Shown piece by piece: positions 58,532 through 64,000 of a stretch of 64,000 nt of DNA. This DNA is from a virus. The stretch spans positions 42,052 to 106,051 of the IMG/VR virus record IMGVR_UViG_3300026382_000010; one strand, given 5' to 3'. The position numbers were made by a program, and so were the translations under genes. The notes under the pieces are model-generated. The model ran no database searches, had not been told where the DNA came from, and saw only the letters and a program-made list of their open reading frames with translations. Numbering within the stretch: the stretch's first letter is position 1; each line of letters begins with the position of its first letter.

Positions 58532-58896
58532 ATTTCGAAGAATACTTGTATGTTTACAAAGGAAAGGTTGTAAAGGTAGTTGATGGCGATACTATGGATA
58601 TTGAATTTGATTTGGGATTTAACGTAAAGATTAAAGAGCGAGTTCGTATTATCGGAATAAACACACCTGAAGTTTACGGAAAACATGCCTCTGAAATCGG
58701 CAAGGAGTTTAAAAAATTTGCACAATCTCTTTTAGAAAATCAAGAGGTTTACGTTAAAACTTACAAAGATCGAAAAGGAAAATATGGTAGGTATCTTGCA
58801 GAAATTTATCTTGACAATATCAACTATATTGAATACTTAAAAGAATTCTGCATGCAAATTGGATATCCATTTGAAGAAATTATTTACTCGGAGTAA
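58528..58896 (+). CDS. Thermonuclease (SNase-like) family nuclease
   Basis: VVKVVDGDT, RVRIIGINTPE, GKYGRYLAEI; no signal peptide. Confidence 0.9.
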   Translation: MNFEEYLYVYKGKVVKVVDGDTMDIEFDLGFNVKIKERVRIIGINTPEVYGKHASEIGKEFKKFAQSLLENQEVYVKTYKDRKGKYGRYLAEIYLDNINYIEYLKEFCMQIGYPFEEIIYSE

Positions 58897-58902
58897 TAAA
58901 TC

Positions 58903-59961
58903 ATGATTCATATGGATAAGGATTTTTATGCAAAGGGTGCAAATCTTGCAAATCAACATGTACCGCATTTTAACAAGTTTTATCGAGGATATGTACTCGA
59001 TGTACTCGATCATTATAACAACGGACGTGTTAAAGTATACATTCCAGAGCTAATGGCAATTAATCCTAAAATCAAGCCAAATAAAGATGGCATCTGGGTA
59101 AATCCTGTAACTCATATGGAAGGTCAACATCTTCCAACCTATAAAAACTTTTGGGTATTAGTTTACTTTGAAGACAATGATCCAAATAGAGGTTTTTATT
59201 TAGGAGCAATCCATTTAAATGACTGGCCATTACTTGAATTAAGAAAGGAGTCTAAGCGTAAGTATAGTGAATCATATATTAATGCATTTCCAGATAAATC
59301 AAAAACCTTACCTCCCGAGAAAAACAAAAAGAAAATTGAACTTGCTGCATGTGATTATGTAATGCTTAGAACTCCGCGAAGAGCACATTTTATCACTGCT
59401 GAAGATCATAAGGAAAATAAATTTATTGAAGCTAGAACTGGCGATAAAATTTACTTTACAATGCATGATACAAAAATATATGCTGAACTTCGTACAAAAG
59501 GACAAAACTGTCTTGTAATGGTTGATAAAGGTAAATGGGCAATTGGAAAATTTAATCCAGAAACATTTATTACACTTGCAACTCCTAAAAACATTCATTT
59601 AACTTTTAAAGAGGAACGAGATTTAAGTGTATATGCGCACAAATCTTCAAGTACAATTTTTATGGACGGCAAAGCAAAAACCCATGCGTTTGTTTATCAA
59701 ATGGGATCAGTACCTCGAGATAAATACAATAACCTAAAGTTACCATATCCTAATAATGAGTATGATGTCTGGTATCAATTCCGTTATGAAATGAACGATC
59801 AAAAATATCAGCAACTTTTACAGAAAGTTGAATCTATGGCAAAAACTGGACAAGGCTTTTCAATTTTAGGAAAAACTAAAAAAACAAGAATGCATGCATA
59901 TAGTGCTGAAGTAATATGCGATGGAAACTCAGGATTTGTACATTTAAATCCGAGGAGTTAG
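58903..59961 (+). CDS. Central spike/hub protein (gp5/VgrG/gpV OB-fold)
   Basis: YRGYV....D....GRVKVYIPEL, WV.P, P.....V.V.FE..DP....YLG; beta-helix-like strands; VHLN terminus. Confidence 0.85.
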   Translation: MIHMDKDFYAKGANLANQHVPHFNKFYRGYVLDVLDHYNNGRVKVYIPELMAINPKIKPNKDGIWVNPVTHMEGQHLPTYKNFWVLVYFEDNDPNRGFYLGAIHLNDWPLLELRKESKRKYSESYINAFPDKSKTLPPEKNKKKIELAACDYVMLRTPRRAHFITAEDHKENKFIEARTGDKIYFTMHDTKIYAELRTKGQNCLVMVDKGKWAIGKFNPETFITLATPKNIHLTFKEERDLSVYAHKSSSTIFMDGKAKTHAFVYQMGSVPRDKYNNLKLPYPNNEYDVWYQFRYEMNDQKYQQLLQKVESMAKTGQGFSILGKTKKTRMHAYSAEVICDGNSGFVHLNPRS

Positions 59962-59964
59962 TAT

Positions 59965-60903
59965 ATGAATATCAAAGTCGATAAATTACTAAAAAACACA
60001 TTACAATTTCTTGATACGCTTGAAAAAACGGATTTTAAACTTGATATTGGATATTTACAGTTTAAGAATGCAGATGAAAAGCAGTTTTTCGAAGATCTCA
60101 TAGCATCATTTTTATTAACAGTATTTACTATTCGCTTTTTAGATGAATCCAATTTTGTTGAGGATAAAAAATTAAAAACCTATATAAAAAAGGTAAACCA
60201 AAAGCTAACAAACGCAATCAAAAAACATGGGTTAAAGAAACTCGCATTCTTATACGCTTTCATTCAATATATGTCTGCACAACTGGATAAAGAATACAAA
60301 CGAATTCTTATAAAAGAAATAGAGCACCTAAAGAAATCCTTTTTAATTATCCAAGAAGAATTACAAAAGCTTGAACCTAAAATACGACTAAAGGATTCTC
60401 TGGATCTACTGGACGAAGGAATTACCGATGCCATTTTATCTATACTAGGAAAATTCGTAAAACATTTTCTACGTGTTGCAAACTTTTTACTTGAAGGTTG
60501 GTTAGAAATTATACGTCCGCTTAAAAAAGTTATAAATCGCATCCTTAAGAAATATCAACAAATATCGCGTATGGTTGAAAAAGCAGCGCTTGATGTATTA
60601 ACACCACTTCTCGAACCAATTTTTGGACAATATGCTAAAACCGCAGCATATTTTGCATTCAATTTTATTAAAGCAAAATTTCTATTTCTACCAGGTTTTC
60701 TAAAAAATTCCCATGCGTTGTATATCAGTACCGTTTTAACCACAGTTAGAAATACAGTTCAAAAACTAGAGGATATTAAATCTAAAGCTGAGAAAATTGA
60801 GGAATATGCATCGCTTGTTAAAACTGCAAACGCCTTAGTAAATATGGTTGAAGAAGCAGAAAAATTATCAGATGAAATATTAAAAGATTTTGAGGCAGCA
60901 TAA
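59965..60903 (+). CDS. Hypothetical helical protein (possible internal head protein)
   Basis: 312 aa, LLDE-G followed by an amphipathic basic region. Confidence 0.65.
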   Translation: MNIKVDKLLKNTLQFLDTLEKTDFKLDIGYLQFKNADEKQFFEDLIASFLLTVFTIRFLDESNFVEDKKLKTYIKKVNQKLTNAIKKHGLKKLAFLYAFIQYMSAQLDKEYKRILIKEIEHLKKSFLIIQEELQKLEPKIRLKDSLDLLDEGITDAILSILGKFVKHFLRVANFLLEGWLEIIRPLKKVINRILKKYQQISRMVEKAALDVLTPLLEPIFGQYAKTAAYFAFNFIKAKFLFLPGFLKNSHALYISTVLTTVRNTVQKLEDIKSKAEKIEEYASLVKTANALVNMVEEAEKLSDEILKDFEAA

Positions 60904-60923
60904 AAAATATTTAGGAGGTATGT

Positions 60924-61229
60924 ATGATGGAAAGACTTGTAGTAATTGCACTTGACAACTCTCAACCTGAAATTTACATTGGTAGATTGCATCAGGAAAC
61001 TGAAACTACACTAGAGTTAACTCACGCTTTACAATTATTCCCAACAATGAGTGCATCTGGATCCTTCAAAGTAATTGCAGCTGCACTATATGGATCTTTT
61101 ATTTGTAAAACGCTTCAAATAAATAAACAATATGTTAAGTGGATTGCATATGATGTTGATGATAATATAAAACAGCTGTATGAAAATGCATATAAAGAAT
61201 TTACTGAAAAGGTAAAATCCTTGGTGTAA
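60924..61229 (+). CDS. Small beta-barrel (Sm-like) hypothetical protein
   Basis: AGGAGG SD; EIYIGRL......LEL..AL pattern. Confidence 0.55.
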   Translation: MMERLVVIALDNSQPEIYIGRLHQETETTLELTHALQLFPTMSASGSFKVIAAALYGSFICKTLQINKQYVKWIAYDVDDNIKQLYENAYKEFTEKVKSLV

Positions 61230-61258
61230 AAGCAAAAAAAAAAGAACGAGGAAAAAAT

Positions 61259-61283
61259 GGGGCTTCCCAAACTAGGAAGCCCC
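61259..61283. terminator. Terminator hairpin between convergent gene blocks
   Basis: GGGGCTTCC-CAAACTA-GGAAGCCCC; upstream A-run gives a U-tract on the minus strand, TAATTT on the plus strand. Confidence 0.85.
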
Positions 61284-61295
61284 TAATTTGACTCG

Positions 61296-61721
61296 CTAAT
61301 TTGCTTGCATTTGAGTTTGTTGTTGCTGTTGTTGCAACATAAAAGCTTTTAGATCAAGTTCTACACTTTGAAATAGACTTGATAATAGAACCATAGCACG
61401 TTTTTCATCATCTTTAAAATACTCAAAAAGTTTTTTCGATAAGTTAGGTAAATATCCATCATCTTCAATTTTCTCAATAATTGATAGCATGCATAAAGCA
61501 TATTGCGATGCTAAACCTTTACCCAATGCAATCGTAGTTACAAATGCTGCAAATTGATCTAGGATTTCTTGACTTGACTTAATATCTTGAATACATTGCT
61601 TAAGTAGTTTTTCGCGTTCCTGAGGATCAAATGTTGAGAGAAATTGTTGTACATACTTTTCAAAGAATTTCTCTGCTTGTGCTCTAAGTGCTTCAAGTTG
61701 TGCATTATTTCCACCTGTCAT
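61296..61721 (-). CDS. Hypothetical protein with poly-Gln tail
   Basis: 141 aa, AGGAGG SD. Confidence 0.8.
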   Translation of the reverse strand: MTGGNNAQLEALRAQAEKFFEKYVQQFLSTFDPQEREKLLKQCIQDIKSSQEILDQFAAFVTTIALGKGLASQYALCMLSIIEKIEDDGYLPNLSKKLFEYFKDDEKRAMVLLSSLFQSVELDLKAFMLQQQQQQTQMQAN

Positions 61722-61750
61722 AATACAATATACCTCCTAGTTATTTTTTT

Positions 61751-61966
61751 TTATTTGCTGCAAATTATTTTTCTGATTTTCTCAACTTCCTCTTTTTCAA
61801 GTGTAGCATTAATTTCGATAATTTTACCAATTGGTGATTCTACTAGACGAACGGTTCCTCTGTTTCCAATTATTCTTTTTAAATCGTCTAAAATTGGTTG
61901 GGCTTCTTTTGCATCTTTAAATACGCGACATGGATAGCGTATTATAAATACATCTTTCTTTTGCAT
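61751..61966 (-). CDS. Small hypothetical protein
   Basis: AGGAGG SD 8 nt before ATG 61966. Confidence 0.7.
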   Translation of the reverse strand: MQKKDVFIIRYPCRVFKDAKEAQPILDDLKRIIGNRGTVRLVESPIGKIIEINATLEKEEVEKIRKIICSK

Positions 61967-61981
61967 AAGCATTTCCTCCTT

Positions 61982-62365
61982 TTAGCTGAAATTTGAAATT
62001 TCATGAAGTCGTTTCATGCGTTCGGGAATTGGATCAATTTGCGCAAGTGTAAGTAAATACATCAAAACATGAAATCTTTCTGCTTCACCTAGATTTTGCA
62101 TTGCTTTATCTATTACATGTGATGCAAGAGTAAGAACAACTTGATCCTGCATGGATTCATGCATATCCATACATTTTCCTATAAAGTAGAGTAGTCTTAA
62201 AACTTCTTGATACATTGTACATGCAAAAAGCATTATTTTTCTGAATTTTTCTTCATCTTTGGCAACTTCAAAAAGTAAGTCAATATTTCCACTTTGAGTT
62301 AAATCTGTAAATATCATAAACCCTTCATATGCCTGATCCATTAATTTTTCGATATTTTCCTGCAT
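61982..62365 (-). CDS. Hypothetical protein
   Basis: 127 aa, AGGAGG SD. Confidence 0.8.
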   Translation of the reverse strand: MQENIEKLMDQAYEGFMIFTDLTQSGNIDLLFEVAKDEEKFRKIMLFACTMYQEVLRLLYFIGKCMDMHESMQDQVVLTLASHVIDKAMQNLGEAERFHVLMYLLTLAQIDPIPERMKRLHEISNFS

Positions 62366-62387
62366 AACACTTTACCTCCTTTTTATT

Positions 62388-62828
62388 TTAGTGAAAATGT
62401 TTACCTTGAGAGTCATCGTCATCGAAAAATTCATCAAAAGCAACATTCGGATTTATATATTGTTGAAATCTATTTACAATCTTTTTAAGCAGTGTAGTCT
62501 TTATAAGAATTGCTTCGAGACACATTTCTACAAAAAGCTCTTTATCCAGAGTACTTAACTCTTTGTACTTTTGTAGGATATCCTCAAGCGTAATTTTCTC
62601 GGGATCCTTACCAACCATTTTTATAATTGGAATGTGAATGTAAGGACTTAACGTAAGCGCAGCAACAATTAAGTCTGATACAAATTGTATATCTTCAATT
62701 TTTTGAAAAACATCTAAATTCACTTGCTTTGAAATTTCAAGTACAACTTTTTTTGCAAGTTCGGGATCTTCAATAGGAATCAATTTAATTTGAGGAATTT
62801 TTTCGATGAGTTCTAGAAAGTTGTCCAT
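62388..62828 (-). CDS. Hypothetical acidic protein
   Basis: AGGAGG SD places the start at MDNFLE (62828). Confidence 0.8.
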   Translation of the reverse strand: MDNFLELIEKIPQIKLIPIEDPELAKKVVLEISKQVNLDVFQKIEDIQFVSDLIVAALTLSPYIHIPIIKMVGKDPEKITLEDILQKYKELSTLDKELFVEMCLEAILIKTTLLKKIVNRFQQYINPNVAFDEFFDDDDSQGKHFH

Positions 62829-62850
62829 AGCATTATACCTCCTTCTTTTT

Positions 62851-63381
62851 TTATTTTGGTAGATTTTGAAAGTTTGGTACATATGTCATAAAATCTGGCG
62901 TTACAAAGATTTTAAATGGAATGTGTGGAAGTAAGTATCTATTGTAACGCCATGTTGTAGCAATTACCTTTGGATAAGTTTTCAAAGCATATTGCAATGT
63001 AATTGGATTGTCATCAATTAAATAAGCATCTAGCTTTTTTGCAAAATCGACGCGTTTAATTGGATCAATCAAATCAAATTGAAAATCCAAAAATGTAATG
63101 TAGTCTTTTAAATATTGTAGCGTATCCTTGTAAATCGATTTGTCACGCGCCGATACAAAGTACACTTTATATTTTTCTAGTGTTTTGAGAAATTCTAAAA
63201 CTGATTTTGGGATTGGATTTTGCAACTGTACTTTGTGTACCTGTAGTATTTCATCTTTTGAAATATTCCATTTATAGCTTACAGGATCCCAGTGGAATTT
63301 ATCTGGATACAATTTATACGCATAATAAGAAAATGGTAAAATTGTGTTATCCAAGTCAATGACTATATTTTTCGTACTCAT
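62851..63381 (-). CDS. HAD-family 5'(3')-deoxyribonucleotidase
   Basis: IVIDLDNTI (motif I), FVSAR (motif II), YLIDDNP (motif IV). Confidence 0.85.
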   Translation of the reverse strand: MSTKNIVIDLDNTILPFSYYAYKLYPDKFHWDPVSYKWNISKDEILQVHKVQLQNPIPKSVLEFLKTLEKYKVYFVSARDKSIYKDTLQYLKDYITFLDFQFDLIDPIKRVDFAKKLDAYLIDDNPITLQYALKTYPKVIATTWRYNRYLLPHIPFKIFVTPDFMTYVPNFQNLPK

Positions 63382-63990
63382 TTACAACCCCTCTCCATCT
63401 ACAATTTTTTCAAAGTACTTTAGATTACATGCATTTACATTTTTCAATTTTTCTGAAAAGAGTCTCAATATTAAACTTTCCAAAATCTTGTAATCTCCTT
63501 TTAAACCTTTTTCAAATAAATGCAAATCATTTTCATCATTTACAACATGTTTATACGTTTTCAAAGCATAATTACGCACATGCTTTGTATGTAAAAGTAA
63601 CGAAAACAGAGATTTCCTCGTTTCGTAAACCAGTTTATCTAAAAATAGAATGACTGGAAATAGTTTCTTTTCAGGTAGATAAAGCGAAACTGGAATCCGT
63701 TCTTTATCTGGATACAGCGAAATAAAGATAAGGTTTACGTTACGTCTAAATTTGTACAGTGGTAGGCTTTTAATGTCATTTACAATGTTGCAGTAGGTGA
63801 GAAATGCAAGCATGTAGATGCACGATGCATTTGCTTGCATCGTTGAAATACTCAGTGTATCTCTTTTCTTTTGTAGATAAGTGTAAAGATGCTCAATTAC
63901 ATTTTTTGCTTTAAGTTTTCCGTTTAATGCTCCGTATACTAGACATGTGAGAGTTTTGAGATTTTCAATTTTGTCAAGTTTGAAAGCCAT
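63382..63990 (-). CDS. Hypothetical protein
   Basis: 202 aa ORF abutting the HAD gene. Confidence 0.7.
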   Translation of the reverse strand: MAFKLDKIENLKTLTCLVYGALNGKLKAKNVIEHLYTYLQKKRDTLSISTMQANASCIYMLAFLTYCNIVNDIKSLPLYKFRRNVNLIFISLYPDKERIPVSLYLPEKKLFPVILFLDKLVYETRKSLFSLLLHTKHVRNYALKTYKHVVNDENDLHLFEKGLKGDYKILESLILRLFSEKLKNVNACNLKYFEKIVDGEGL

Positions 63991-64000
63991 TTTCTGAAAT

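Larger units (their letters stand above)
1..64000. mobile_element. Segment of a large contractile-tailed (myovirus, jumbo-like) bacteriophage genome
   Basis: Sheath, tubes, baseplate wedge, gp5-like spike, PAAR and fibre genes plus phage-type nucleotide enzymes. Very high coding density, many ORFans, no cellular housekeeping operons, no integrase seen. Confidence 0.95.

Noticed and set aside
1807-63653. Numerous 60-120 aa ORFs nested in or antisense to long genes
   Set aside because: No SD, no recognisable motifs, fully overlapped by better ORFs; treated as shadow ORFs.
1-64000. Alternative genetic code or stop-codon reassignment
   Set aside because: Long ORFs tile the window in code 11, and TAA, TAG and TGA all end genes just before the next start.
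1-64000. Visually frequent TGCA (ATGCAT/TTGCAA) as a DNA-level signal
   Set aside because: Explained by strong GCA Ala codon preference after T-ending codons; not testable without counts.
1-64000. Specific host assignment
   Set aside because: AGA bias, strong SDs, hairpin terminators and an HdrB-like gene hint at an AT-rich, possibly thermophilic or anaerobic bacterium, but nothing here is diagnostic.

Overview
The window is a 64 kb slice of a large, AT-rich, gene-dense lytic myovirus (jumbo-phage-like) genome in the standard genetic code. It has strong AGGAGG-type ribosome binding sites and hairpin terminators. Most of the + strand is a dispersed contractile-tail module: PAAR spike, gp26-like chaperone, gp25, sheath, two tube paralogs, gp6/baseplate-J, gp53-like, gp5-like spike and several fibre/collar proteins. 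Nucleotide-metabolism genes are interleaved: Hpt, Nth, dNMP kinase, Ntn-glutamine amidotransferase plus QueC, thermonuclease and a HAD nucleotidase. A convergent block of small minus-strand genes ends the window. I saw no tRNA, rRNA, CRISPR array, integrase, transposase, capsid, portal or terminase. Three observations stand out. (1) The tripeptide D-S-N occurs about 36 times (hand count), only in 12 predicted virion proteins, uses varied synonymous codons, and ends in a tandem DSN-S/T tail on a fibre; this suggests a virion-wide modification (glycosylation) tag. (2) An HdrB/CCG-type Fe-S gene lies directly upstream of a split GATase + QueC 7-deazaguanine module. (3) There is a probable +1 (or -2) programmed frameshift at CTT-TTT-CGT in the tail chaperone. 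All family calls are from motif recognition by eye; no searches were run.
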